From: Malacoraja senta
Lineage: Eukaryota
DNA length: 64,000 nt
Direction of reading: 5' to 3'
Assembly (NCBI GenBank): GCA_038087875.1
Contig: CM075977.1
Coordinates: forward strand, 90,148,001-90,212,000
Below the pieces are notes generated by a model. The model saw nothing but the letters and a program-made list of their open reading frames with translations. It was not told the origin of the DNA and searched no databases. The position numbers and the translations under genes were made by a program. Below, one piece after another: positions 11,968 to 23,620 of the stretch; positions within the stretch are counted from its first letter, which is position 1; each line of letters starts with the position of its first letter.

Positions 11968-14376
11968 TCCCGACTGCAGATGGTTCGACTGCCCCGACAG
12001 CGGGAGAATAAAGAGGAAGAAGATTAGACTTGAAAATGATTTCAAATTGATATTAAAATCATATTTTTCTCTTTTGCTTCCGTGATTGATACTACTGGTG
12101 AAATATCAACCATTGCAACCTACAATGGCGGTACCAAGTAATAATGTAGGCACAAGGTAATTCACTTGACTTTTTAAAATAAAAAACTGGTTGGTCTTGA
12201 GTGTTGCTCATGAGGGCTTTGGGATCTGGAGCATAAATCTTGAGGAATTTCCTCGGTATTTAGCTCTTTTCACCACCATTTACCTACATAAATAGGGTTT
12301 ACGCTGGACTTCTGCCAAAGTTATGGCACCGGTGCAGGAAAAGTCCAAAGGGAATTCCAAGCAGTAATGTTTAGCTGCACAGATGGAAATGTATTCGACA
12401 AGGCCTGTCCCTTCAAGCACTGCTCAAGTACTCCCTGGGGCAAGTGGCCTAAACAGCTACATCCTGAGGTCAGTGAGAGGCTAAATTATTGAGTGATGTC
12501 TCCGTAGATTGGCAGCTGCTTGTAAATGCCGTGGTCCCTTTGGGAAAAGCACATTGACACTTGAAGCATGATATCTGAAATAAGAATGGCATATGATGGT
12601 GTCAGATCTTTTCCTGGAAATATGTATTGATCCAATACTATTTTACCCAAATTGTATCACTACAAAGAGACCTCACTGTAGTGTATGTGTTAGTTACTGG
12701 TGGTCTGGCTCCAGGGACAAACAATAGTTTATGTTGTGGGAAAGGTAATGGGGTTTATGTAATGATTGTAACTGATACTTGGTATTGCATAATATAGATA
12801 TCTTAACAGTTCTCTTGAACATAGAATAACACTTGGGTCCGGCAATAATTGAAGAAATCTATCACCTTTTCTACAAGACCTAACCAGTATGTGTTTAGAA
12901 CTAATTGCCCTGGATTCAGTTAGCCTTAGTTGACATCTGCTGCTTCATCCAGGAACCCTCTGTGAAGACTGGCACTTCTGCAATGGCCCTCTTGGAGCCC
13001 TGTAATGAAGCCCAGAGACTACTTGATCTTGACACCTCAAAAGAGTCCAAGTTTCAACAAAAGTACAAGCTCTGCTAGTTTCCTTGTATAATGAGCAGAT
13101 GCTCTTGGAACCTGCTGATGTCTTAATCTATGGAATACTGAGGTAGTGGTTTTCCCATTCTGTTTAACAAATGCAGACAACTTGTGAGCCTCTTTCTGTT
13201 TCGTGGGACAAACCAATGGGTTCCATGACGTAATTCCTTTGTTTCATGACCTTGCATCAACCAGCAACCCAATTTACCGTATCCTCAAAATCTGCAGGAG
13301 ACAATTATTTTATGCCTGAACCAACATATGGAAATTGCATTGACTTACCAGCTGGCCTTCATGCAATCATTTATAGATGCCCTTGATAGCGAAAGAACCA
13401 AAGATCTAAACATGCTACATGTCACTAAGGGCAGGGATAAACATTAACTTCCCTTGATAGTTTGCCACTCCACCTGTCCTTCAGATTATCAACACAACCA
13501 AGCAATTATAGGACCCATGCATTGATGATAATAAACTATTAAACGATGGGATAATGAAGTTGCACATCAGTGTAGTGAGTTGTTACACTGTAGAAATACT
13601 CTTGCTCGGTTTGGTATTCTGTTCAGATCCGAGCTAAAATGTGCAATGGTGCCCGTCGAGGGAAGAAAATTTTACTTTTAGGAACCGTAACTTGCATTGA
13701 AAATGAGCGAGAGCTTTAGACTGGGATGACACAAGGAACTGTAGATGTTGGAATCCTGTGTAGAGCAAAAAGTGTTGGAGTTGTCTATGTGTGGACCATC
13801 TGCCTTTTACTCCTGATTCATCTGGCCAAAAGAGAATCATAAAAAATTGGAGCAAAATAATCTATATTTCTTTGAAAGATGAATTTCTCAAAATAGATAC
13901 TGCAATTTTCAATTCAAATTCAAATAGTTTGGCTACAAAAGGGCCTCAATGATAACACCAAACAAAAAGAAAACACTGTTATTTTTTATTAGCAATGGTT
14001 TGTTTCATTAGGAAGTTGCTTATTTAAAATTAAGCTATTGTGATATATATTCAGAATCAGCAGGATAATTATTAGTTTTTGTCAAAAGAATGGGAGACGT
14101 GACAAAAGTCAGAACAGCTGCATTACAAAAATGCTCCATAGAGTAAACATGTAATTTACTAATATATCAAAAATAAATCAGAGCAAAGAGTTCCCTTGAG
14201 CGGAGGACATGATGATAGTCCTGATGGATTTGCAGTATCTTGTCATTTGTTCTGGCTGGGTTCCAATAGATCAGATTGTGTTGGCCATTCTATAAATAAT
14301 TCCAGGCTTGCTTTTTATATTCTTGGTATAACCAGCGAAAAATATCAGCATTTTTAAGAGTGAAACTTGACCCCAT

Positions 14377-15347
14377 AGGGAAGTTGCACGGCCGTCGAGG
14401 TCACGACCCGTGACCCGTACTGTTGCCAACTGGAGTACACGCGGTGAACTGCAGGTAAGCATTTACTATGGCTGCCAGTGTAACGCGCCGGTCTTCTGTA
14501 CCAGCATCCGGGCTCCACGCTGACTGGTTGCACACTCGCGGACCCCGAGCTGCCTATCCCCGTGGCCGGGGATGTGGGGGGAGGAGGTCGTGGGGGGAGG
14601 AGGAGGTCGGGGGTGGGGGGTGGGGGGGGAGGAGGTCGGGGGGAAGAGGAGGAGGTTGGGGGGGAGGAGGAAGTCGAGGTGTCGGTGCAGCGCGATCAGT
14701 GACTCTGGGTGGGCGGGAGGACCAAACCGTCCACAATTCTGCTGCAGCTGACGTTGCCCGGAGCCGCGGCCCGCTCCACCCAGGCCCCGTGTGAGGGCGC
14801 TACCGACCCACAGCCCGTGACAGTGCGGCCCACGGGGGAGACGGGGCGGAGGGCGGCCGTGGCCGGACAGCGCTGACCCTGGGGGGGAGAGTGGGGGCTG
14901 TCCCGAGGGATGCGCTCTTTCGGCCGCTTCCACCTTGATGCTCGGGTTCAGAGCAAAGATACTAGAGCATTTGGTTCAGAGCGCTCAGTCACACAAAAAA
15001 AAGAACCCCACAAAATTGCAATCAAGTTGCTCTGAGTTTGAGTTTGCTTTATATAGCGAAGACTTATTGAGATGGTGCTGTCTGGACACGACAATGAATG
15101 CGGCTATTAATCACGGATTGTAAAAGACGCTACACCATGAGATAACACCAGTTTAAACCTGATACCTTCCCACTTTCAATGACAGCACCCACAATTATTT
15201 ACAGCGCAAAAATTGACCATTTTGGCGGTTTTTAACAGGTAAGAAGGTATGCGTTTCATATGTTAACAGTGTATGCCGGAAGCTGCCATGTCCTCCAGAC
15301 GGATTGAGCTGCTCCGTGTATCACGCCCTTTGACCCGATGACCCCCT
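14377..15347. mobile_element. Unclassified CpG-rich element, possibly a non-autonomous ISL2EU/Crypton-like DNA transposon
   Basis: Ends AT|AGGG...CCCT|AT; related subterminal motifs tcacgacccgtgacccg and tcacgccctttgacccg; abrupt GC/CpG enrichment against the flanks. Confidence 0.35.
14567..14670 (+). repeat. G-rich low-complexity repeat (ggggggaggaggtc-like), G-quadruplex potential
   Basis: Seven or more runs of 4-7 G with short spacers. Confidence 0.85.
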
Positions 15348-16261
15348 ATTGCGGTTTAAATTTCTCCACTGTATTAAGACGCTCCTTTCACACCTCCATT
15401 ATTCATGGTCTCAAGATCATATCGTTTCCCCTCAATTATCAGGTGAAAGTTAAAGGATGATCTTTGTCATTGTCATGAATTAAAAGTAGTTGTTTTAAAG
15501 CCTATCAAATCCCAGCTTCAATTATTGGTTGCTCTGAGTCTTGTGCTCTGCGTGTTTTGTGCTCAGCGTCTTTGCGTCACGCGCTTTGGATTTCTCTATC
15601 CACTCCCAGGAGGTCCCGATTAGCATAGCGACCAACATTGCTGGCATTTTGTTCTATTTATGAAAATGTTAATACAACTTTTGTATAACTTTAAGTTAAG
15701 TAAGTATGAGATGCTTGACACATGTATCTGATATCAGGGATTCATATTGTCAGAAGTCAAAAGGATAATAATAAAAGCATTCATTTGGCACAGAATGCAT
15801 TAAACCAGCATGAAACCCATTAAAACAAAATACAGACCTTCACGGTCTTGCGTGGATTGTTTGTTAATCTTACCAGTCTATTCTGTTATTTAAACACAGT
15901 GCGTTTTTTGAGATGTGAGGATTAAATGCTTCTGGTGTGATTTCTGTAAATGTTAGCCTGAAATTAAGTGGAAGGATGCAAGGGATTACAGTAGCGTATG
16001 AAACCCTGCTAAAGAAAGGACCCAAGACCCTGCAGTCCTGAGCACGAGGGCCTCGTGTATATCAGTTGCCTCACCCCTCCACTAACGATCTAGCCAGGCT
16101 GACAGCCTGAGCTGCAAATGGAGGTTAGAGGAGGCGGGAGAAGGTTGTGGCTGATGATCCCCAGCAGTAAGTAGAAGGTGAAGACTCCAGACTGGTGTAC
16201 AGAGGTGGGGAATAGAGAACAGGCTAAAATAGGTCATGGAAGTTGTTCAGTAGATTATCAT

Positions 16262-16755
16262 AAAACATAGAAGAGTACAGTACAGGGAACAGGTCCATTG
16301 GTCTGTGTCGAACATGATGCCAAGATAAACTAATCTCATCTGCTTTCACAGATCCATATCCTTCTATTTTCTACATAGACATGTGCCTATCTAAAAGCTG
16401 CTTAAATGCCAGTATCGTATCTGCCTCCACCACCATCCCTTTGTGTAAAAGAAAACTTGCGCCACACATATCATTTAAACTTTGCTCCTCAATCTTTAAA
16501 ACTATGCTCCCTAATCTTTGACATTTCCACCCTGGCAAGGAGGTACTACTGTCTACCGTCTCCATGCCTCTCATAATTGTATGTACTTCTATTAGGTCTT
16601 CCCTCAACATCCAGCATTCTAGAGAAAACAATCCGAGTTTGTCCAATCTCTCCTTGTAGCGAATACCCTCTAATCCAGGCATCATGTTGGTGAACTCCTT
16701 CTGCACCCTCTCCAGAGGGTCCATATCCTTCCTGCAATGGGGGGCGACCAGAACT
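16262..16755 (-). mobile_element. CR1 3' fragment
   Basis: Peptide LERVQKEFTNMMPGLEGIRYKERLDKLGLFSLE...DLIEV. Confidence 0.9.
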
Positions 16756-17069
16756 ACAGATGGTAGATGGGTCAGGTGAAGGGAGAGAGGCATCAGTGAA
16801 GTACAGCATGAGAAGGAACATAGTTACTTTAGCCTGGAAGGTACCTGGCCAGATATCGTGCAAGCAATCTACTTCATTTATTACTATATTTAATAACGGT
16901 TGATAATGTTATAAAGCTTTAAATTCTGAACATTAATCATGCTGCCATTTGTCGCTCCTATGAGTTTTGATGGCTTAAGATGTGTTTTTAAATATTTTAA
17001 ATTAGCAGTAATGAGGACGGTTCAGGGTGAGTGTTGGCTAACACTAATATGGCCAATTCACTCGTACCT

Positions 17070-17248
17070 TTAGACTGTAGGGAGATATAGTGTGGAAACA
17101 GGCCCTTTGGCCCACCGAGTCCACGCCACCCAGTGATCACCACGCACACATATTATCCTACTCACTAGGGACAATTTACAATTTGCACAAGCCAATTAAC
17201 CTACAAACCTGTACAGCATTTGAGTTTGAGAGGAAACCGGAGCACCGC
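17070..17248 (-). mobile_element. V-SINE-like fragment
   Basis: ggaaacaggccctttggcccaccgagtcc...ccaattaacctacaaacc. Confidence 0.75.
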
Positions 17249-17458
17249 AGGACTCCTGTAGTTGAGGAAATATGTAAATTGTCCAAGTGGTGGAAAAGGT
17301 GGGATGTGTTGTCAACTATTCATCCCTGTGGTGAACAGATTTGTAGATTTAGATGTAGATGCCAGATGATCTGCACACACCTGGCCATCCAAAGCAGGGG
17401 TCCCTCCGATAGTACCACCATTGTTATGGTTTGCGTGCAAATAACAAAAGAACACTGT

Positions 17459-18600
17459 TCTCTGACACCTCTCTCCCCTTGCTGGATAGCTCTGTCTCCA
17501 TCACAGAAGACAGACTATTGACTGACATCCACTACAAACTCACCGACTCCCACAGTTATCTGAACTGCACTTCCTCCCACCCCGCCGCTTGCAAAGACTC
17601 GATCCCATAACTTCTCTGTCTCTGCTGCATCTGCTCCCAAAACAAATCTTTCATTCTAGGATATCTGAGATGTCCTCTTTCTTTAGTAAAGGTATTCCCC
17701 CTTGCTGTCATAGCTGGATCTCTCAACCGCATCTCGTCTGTGTCCTGTAGTTCTGCTCTCACTACCCCTCCCCCAGTTGGAACAAGGATAGAGTGCCACT
17801 GGTCCTCACCTTTCTCCCCACCAGCCTCTGCATCCAACATCTCATCCTCCAACATATCCGCCACCTCCAATGTAATCCCACTTCCAGTCACATCTTCCCA
17901 TCCCCACCCCTTTCTGCCTTCCACGGAGACTGCTCTCTCCACAAATCCTTGGTTCACTCATCCCATCCCCACCCAAACCACACCTTTCCCAGGTACTTTC
18001 CCCTGTAGCCTCAGGAGATCTAATACCTGTCCCGACAACTCTTCCCTCACCTTCATCCAAGAACTCCAGCAATCCTTCCAGGTAAGACAGAGTTTCACGT
18101 GCACCTCCTTTACCCTCACCTACTGCATCTGGTGTTCCCAATGTGGCCTCTTACATCAGCAAGACCAAGACCAAGTGTAGACTTGGCCACCATTTCGATG
18201 AAACACCTGCTCGGTCCGCCAGGGCCTACTGGATCTCCCAGTTGCTGACCACTTTAACCCCTCTTCCCATTGCATATTGACCTTTCTGTCTTGGGCCTTC
18301 TCCATTGCAAGAATGAGGACACACGCAAACTGGAACAGCACCTCGTATTCTGCTTGGGTAGTTTACAACCCGTATTCCCCCTTCGTCCCTCTGCCCCACC
18401 TGGACGTACGCAATTCTCCCGTTCCCCCTTCCTTTGGCTTCATAATTTGCAAATCTGCCCCCCTGCTATCAATCTGAAGAAGGATCCCAACCTGAAATGT
18501 CACCTCTTTGGGGATGCTGACTGACCTGCTGAGTTACTCCAGCACTTTGTGTCTTTTTTGTTGTTGTTGTAAACCAGCATCTGCAGTTCCTCGTTTCTAC
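17459..18600 (+). mobile_element. Decayed Penelope-like element (RT end, GIY-YIG, 3' terminal repeat)
   Basis: SLPLLD...TDIHYKLTDSHSYL (end of RT), PLVLTFLPTSLCIQHLIL, QVRQSFTCTSFTLTYCIWCSQCGLL (start of GIY-YIG); then ctgaagaaggatcccaacctgaaatgtcacc and the same terminal repeat found as short inserts. Confidence 0.9.
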
Positions 18601-19477
18601 TCAGCAGGTCAGGCAGCTTCAATGGAAAGTCAAACAGCAAACATTTCCACTCCAAGAATCTTCAAGGTCAGTTTTGCTTTCTACAGATGCTTCCTGACCT
18701 GCTGAATGTTTCCTGCAGTTTCTCTTTTGATTCCCAATGGATCCATGCTGAGTTTGGCACAACGTCCATCACTTTTCTGTTCAACAATCAGAGAAATATG
18801 TCAGCCCTTAAAGGGATACTCCACGATGCCCCGACTCATTATGGCTGTCATGGAGGAAACAGAAACTGCAGGGATGGTGGGGTAAGGGAGAAGATCTCAC
18901 ATATTTACTCAGAGAGATGTGTAAGTAGATACATGTCAGGAGCCTGGAGACCCACCAAGATCTTATGAAAATCTCAGCAGAGGGTGGCTTCAGTAGTTTC
19001 ATTCAGGAGTGAGAATCTCTGCAGAGTGGAGCAAAGCACTGATAAATCCCATGATGATACAAGACTTGGCAACAAGATCCATGGTTTAGATCTGCAAAGT
19101 GCAGATCCTCACCCAAAATGGATTTTTTGTGTGGCGTTCAGAAAGTTGCCACTCATCAGTACAGAAGTACAGATATTGAAGTAATTGGTGCAGGAATTAA
19201 TTCAATCATTTGTTTAATTTAGTTCTGGTAACCTGCAGACACAAGGAACTGCAGTTGCTAGAAATTGAGCAAAACAAAGTACTGGAAGAACTCAGCGGGT
19301 CAGGCAGCATCTATGGAGGGAATGAATAGGTGATGGTTGACCAGCAATGAGTTTTACCAAACCTCTTCTCCAACAAGCATGATGTAAAGCATTGCATTCC
19401 GATTTATGTCAGCAAAGACAGGACATGAACTACCTGAAAATGAATTAATTCGATGTGCACATAACACAGGAAATCAT

Positions 19478-20394
19478 GATCATAGAGGCACGGAACTATA
19501 CAGCACAGAAACGGCCCTCGCCCATGCCGACCCAAGAGCCTTCCTGAGCCAGGCCTATTTAGGGTGGCGCAGCGGTAGAGTTGCTGCCTTACAGCGCTTG
19601 CAGCGCCGGAGACCCGGGTTCCATCCCGACTACGGGTGCTGTCTGTACGGAGTTTGTACGTTCTCCCCGTGGCCGCGTGGGTTTTCTCCAAGATCTTCGG
19701 TTTCCTCCCACACTCTAAAGACATACAGGTTTGTAGGTTAATTGGCTTCGTATAAGTATAAATTGTCCCTAGTGTGTGTAGGATAGTGTTAATGTGCGGG
19801 ATCGCTGATCAGTGCTGAGTCGGTGGGCCGAAGGGCCTGGTTCCGCGCTGTATCTCTAAACTAAACTAAACTGAACTAAGCCTGGCCTGGGCCCATATAA
19901 TTCTAAACCTTTCTTATCCATGAACCTGTCCAAATGTTTTTTAAACATTGTAATTGTACCCGCTAGAACCATTTTCTCTGGCAGCTCATTCCATATACCC
20001 AGTGTCCTCTGTCCCTCAGATCCTGCTTAAAACTTTCCACTTTATCCTTAAAGCTAGCACCTTGTCCTGTGTCCATTTACTTTATCTGTGCCCGTCAATA
20101 TTTTATAAACCTTTATAAGGTCACCACTCGGCCTCCTTTGCTCCAGGGAAAACAGTCCCTGACTATCCAGTCTCTTCCTATAACTCAAGTCCTCCAGTCT
20201 CAGCACCATCCTTGTGATTTTTTTTTCTGCATCTCTTAAATGCCATAATCATATCTGCCTCCACCACCACCCACGGCAGTGTCTTCCATGCACTCACTAC
20301 TCCCTGTTTCAAAAAACCTGCCCTGCACATCTCCTTTAAACTATGCCTCTCTCACCTTAAAACTATGCCCTCTAGTATTTAATATTTCCATCCT
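19478..20394 (-). mobile_element. Older CR1 3' fragments; host of the full-length CR1, resuming at about 24766-24860
   Basis: CR1 3'-like sequence ending atatttccatcct; continues tcctggga...ccagagaagacaatccgagtctgtccaacc after the young element. Confidence 0.7.
19562..19879 (+). mobile_element. Young HE1/V-SINE-like element
   Basis: Complete head, V-domain and (ctaaa)n tail. Confidence 0.9.
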
Positions 20395-20494
20395 ACATAG
20401 ATACATAGATACATAGAAAATAGGTGCAGGAGTAGGCCATTCGGCCCTTCGAGCCTGCACCGCCATTCAATACGATCATGGCTGATCATCCAAC

Positions 20495-23431
20495 TCAGTA
20501 TCCCGTACCTGCCTTCTCTCCATACCCCCTGATCCCTTTAGCCACAAGGGCCACATCTAATTCCCTCTTAAATATAGCCAATGAACTGGCCTCAACTACC
20601 CTCTGTGGCAGAGAGTTCCAGAGATTCACCACTCTCTGTGTGAAAAAGTTTTTCCTCATCTCGGTCTTAAAGGATTTCCCCCTTATCCTTAAGCTGTGAC
20701 CCCTTGTCCTGGACTTCCCCAACATCGGGAACAACCTTCCTGCATCTAGCCTGTCCAACCCCATAAGAATTTTGTACGTTTCTATAAGATCCCCTCTCAA
20801 TCTCCTAAATTCTAGCGAGTATAAGCCAAGTCTATCCAGTCTTTCTTCATATGAAAGTCCTGACATCCCAGGAATCAGTCTGGTGAACCTTCTCTGCACT
20901 CCCTCTATGGCTATAATGTCCTTCCTCAGATTTGGAGACCAAAACTGTACGCAATACTCCAGGTGTGGTCTCACCAAGACCCTGTACAACTGCAGTAGAA
21001 CCTCCCTGCTCCTATACTCAAATCCTCTTGCTATGAAGGCCAACATACCATTCGCTTTCTTCACTGCCTGCTGCACCTGCATGCCTACTTTCAATGACTG
21101 GTGTACCATGACACCCAGGTCTCGCTGCATCTCCCCATTTCCTAATCGGCCACCATTTAGATAATAGTCTGCCTTCCCGTTTTTGCTACCAAAGTGGATA
21201 ACCTCACATTTATCCACATTATACTGCATCTGCCAAACATTTGCCCACTCACCCAGCCTATCCAAGTCACCTTGCAGTCTCCTAGCATCCTCCTCACAGC
21301 TAACACTGCCCCCCAGCTTAGTGTCATCCGCAAACTTGGAGATGTTGCTTTCAATTCCCTCGTCCAGATCATTAATATAAATTGTAAATAGCTGGGGTCC
21401 CAGCACTGAGCCTTGCGGTACCCCACTACTCACTGCCTGCCATTGTGAAAAGGACCCGTTTACTCCTACTCTTTGCTTCCTGTTTGCTAGCCAGTTCTCT
21501 ATCCACATCAATACTGAACCCCCAATACCGTGTGATTTAAGTTTGTATCCTAATCTCTTATGTGGTACCTTGTCGAAAGCCTTCTGAAAGTCCAGATACA
21601 ACACATCCACTGGTTCTCCCCTATCCACTCTACTAGTTACATCCTCGAAAAATTCTATAAGATTCGTCAGACACGATTTACCTTTCGTAAATCCATGCTG
21701 ACTTTGTCCAATGATTTCACCACTTTCCAAATGTGCTGCTATCCCATCTTTAATAACTGACTCTAGCAGTTTCCCCACTACCGATGTTAGACTAACTGGT
21801 CTGTAATTCCCCGTTTTCTGTCTCCCTCCCTTCTTAAAAAGTGGGGTTACGTTTGCTACCCTCCAATCCTCAGGAACTACTCCAGAATCTAAAGAGTTTT
21901 GAAAAATTATCACTAATGCATCCACTATTTCTGGAGCTACTTCCTTAAGTACTCTGGGATGCAGCCTATCTGGCCCTGGTGATTTATCGGCCTTTAACCC
22001 ATTCAATTTACCCAACACCACTTCCCGACTAACCTGGATTTCACTCAGTTCCTCCATCTCCTTTGACCCGCGGCCCCCTGCTATTTCCGGCAAATTATTT
22101 ATGTCTTCCTTAGTGAAGACGGAACCAAAGTAGTTATTCAATTGGTCTGCCATATCCTTGTTCCCCATGATCAATTCACCTGTTTCTGACTGCAAGGGAC
22201 CTACATTTGATTTAACTAATCTCTTTCTCTTCACATATCTATAAAAACTTTTGCAGTCAGTTTTTATGTTCCCTGCCAGTTTCCTTTCATAATCTATTTT
22301 CCCTTTCCTAATTAAGCCCTTTGTCCTCCTCTGCTGGTCTCTGAATTTCTCCCAGTCCTCTGGTATGCTGCTTTTTCTGGCTAATTTGTACGCATCATCT
22401 TTTGCTTTGATACTATCCCTGATTTCCCTTGTTATCCACGGATGCACTACCTTCCTTGATTTATTCTTTTGCCAAACTGGGATGAACAATTTTTGTAGTT
22501 CATCCATGCAGTCTTTAAATGCCTTCCATTGCATATCCACCGTCAACCCTTTTAGAACTAATTGCCAGTCAATCTTGGCCAATTCACGTCTCATACCCTC
22601 AAAGTTACCTTTCTTTAAGTTCAGAACCGTTGTTTCTGAATTAACAATGTCACTCTCCATCCTAATGAAGAACTCAACCATATTATGATCACTCTTGCCC
22701 AAGGGGGCACGTACAACAAGTCTGCTAACTAACCCTTCCTCATTACTCAATACCCAGTCTAGAATAGCCTGCTCTCTCGTTGGTTCCTCTACATGTTGGT
22801 TTAGATAACTATCCCTCATACATTCCAAGAAATCCTCTTCCTCAGCACCCCTGCCAATTTGATTCACCCAATCTATATGTAGATTGAAGTCACCCATTAT
22901 AACTGTTTTGCCTTTGTTGCACGCATTTCTAATTTCCTGTTTGATGCCATCCCCAACTTCACTACTACTGCTAGGTGGCCTGTACACAACACCCACCAGC
23001 GTTTTCTGCCCCTTAGTGTTTCGCAGCTCTACCCATACCGATTCCACATCCTCCAAGCTAATGTCCTTCCTTTCCACTGCGTTAATCTCCTCTCTAACCA
23101 GCAACGCTACCCCACCTCCTTTTCCTTTCTCTCTATCCCTCCTGAATATTGAATATCCCTGGATGTTCAGCTCCCAGCCTTGGTCACCTTGGAGCCATGT
23201 CTCCGTGATCCCAACTATATCATAATCATTAATTGCTATCTGCACGTTCAACTCATCCACCTTATTACGAATGCTCCTTGCATTGAGACACAAAGCCTTC
23301 AGGCTTGTTTTTACAACGCTCTTACCCCTTATACAATTATGTTGAAAAGTGGCTCTTTTTGATTTTTGCCCTGGATTTGTCTGCCTGCCACTTTTACCTT
23401 TCACCTTGCTACCTATTGCTTCCGCCCGCAT
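20495..23431 (-). CDS. CR1 ORF2: APE endonuclease plus reverse transcriptase. First ATG at 23431; frame open upstream to about 23794
   Basis: APE motifs LNARS, GITETWL, IMGDFN, SDH; RT motifs YLDFQKAFDKV, GVPQGSVLGP, FADD; uninterrupted. Confidence 0.97.
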   Translation of the reverse strand: MRAEAIGSKVKGKSGRQTNPGQKSKRATFQHNCIRGKSVVKTSLKALCLNARSIRNKVDELNVQIAINDYDIVGITETWLQGDQGWELNIQGYSIFRRDREKGKGGGVALLVREEINAVERKDISLEDVESVWVELRNTKGQKTLVGVVYRPPSSSSEVGDGIKQEIRNACNKGKTVIMGDFNLHIDWVNQIGRGAEEEDFLECMRDSYLNQHVEEPTREQAILDWVLSNEEGLVSRLVVRAPLGKSDHNMVEFFIRMESDIVNSETTVLNLKKGNFEGMRRELAKIDWQLVLKGLTVDMQWKAFKDCMDELQKLFIPVWQKNKSRKVVHPWITREIRDSIKAKDDAYKLARKSSIPEDWEKFRDQQRRTKGLIRKGKIDYERKLAGNIKTDCKSFYRYVKRKRLVKSNVGPLQSETGELIMGNKDMADQLNNYFGSVFTKEDINNLPEIAGGRGSKEMEELSEIQVSREVVLGKLNGLKADKSPGPDRLHPRVLKEVAPEIVDALVIIFQNSLDSGVVPEDWRVANVTPLFKKGGRQKTGNYRPVSLTSVVGKLLESVIKDGIAAHLESGEIIGQSQHGFTKGKSCLTNLIEFFEDVTSRVDRGEPVDVLYLDFQKAFDKVPHKRLGYKLKSHGIGGSVLMWIENWLANRKQRVGVNGSFSQWQAVSSGVPQGSVLGPQLFTIYINDLDEGIESNISKFADDTKLGGSVSCEEDARRLQGDLDRLGEWANVWQMQYNVDKCEVIHFGSKNGKADYYLNGGRLGNGEMQRDLGVMVHQSLKVGMQVQQAVKKANGMLAFIARGFEYRSREVLLQLYRVLVRPHLEYCVQFWSPNLRKDIIAIEGVQRRFTRLIPGMSGLSYEERLDRLGLYSLEFRRLRGDLIETYKILMGLDRLDAGRLFPMLGKSRTRGHSLRIRGKSFKTEMRKNFFTQRVVNLWNSLPQRVVEASSLAIFKRELDVALVAKGIRGYGEKAGTGY

Positions 23432-23610
23432 TTTACACCCCTCTGTTTCTCTGCTCACCCATTTAAGAACCCCACCACCTCTTATTCTCTGTTTATTATT
23501 GTTTTCTTCTTTCCCCCCTACATGTTGGGTCTGAGTGCTTTCCTTCTCTGCCTCCTGCCTCACACACTGTCTAATAGCATTCTCTATTTGAGTCCCTCCC
23601 CCCAACCATT

Positions 23611-23620
23611 CTAGTTTAAA
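23611..23620 (-). promoter_or_regulatory. Candidate -1 programmed ribosomal frameshift site (U UUA AAC followed by UAG)
   Basis: Minus strand reads ACT TTA AAC TAG in the ORF1 frame; the -1 frame is the open ORF2 frame. Confidence 0.65.

Noticed and set aside
14466-14933. Pro-rich and Gly-rich ORFs
   Set aside because: Explained by GC-rich low-complexity sequence; no recognisable domain
20772-23614. Plus-strand ORFs antisense to CR1 ORF2
   Set aside because: Shadow ORFs of a long coding sequence; no independent motifs
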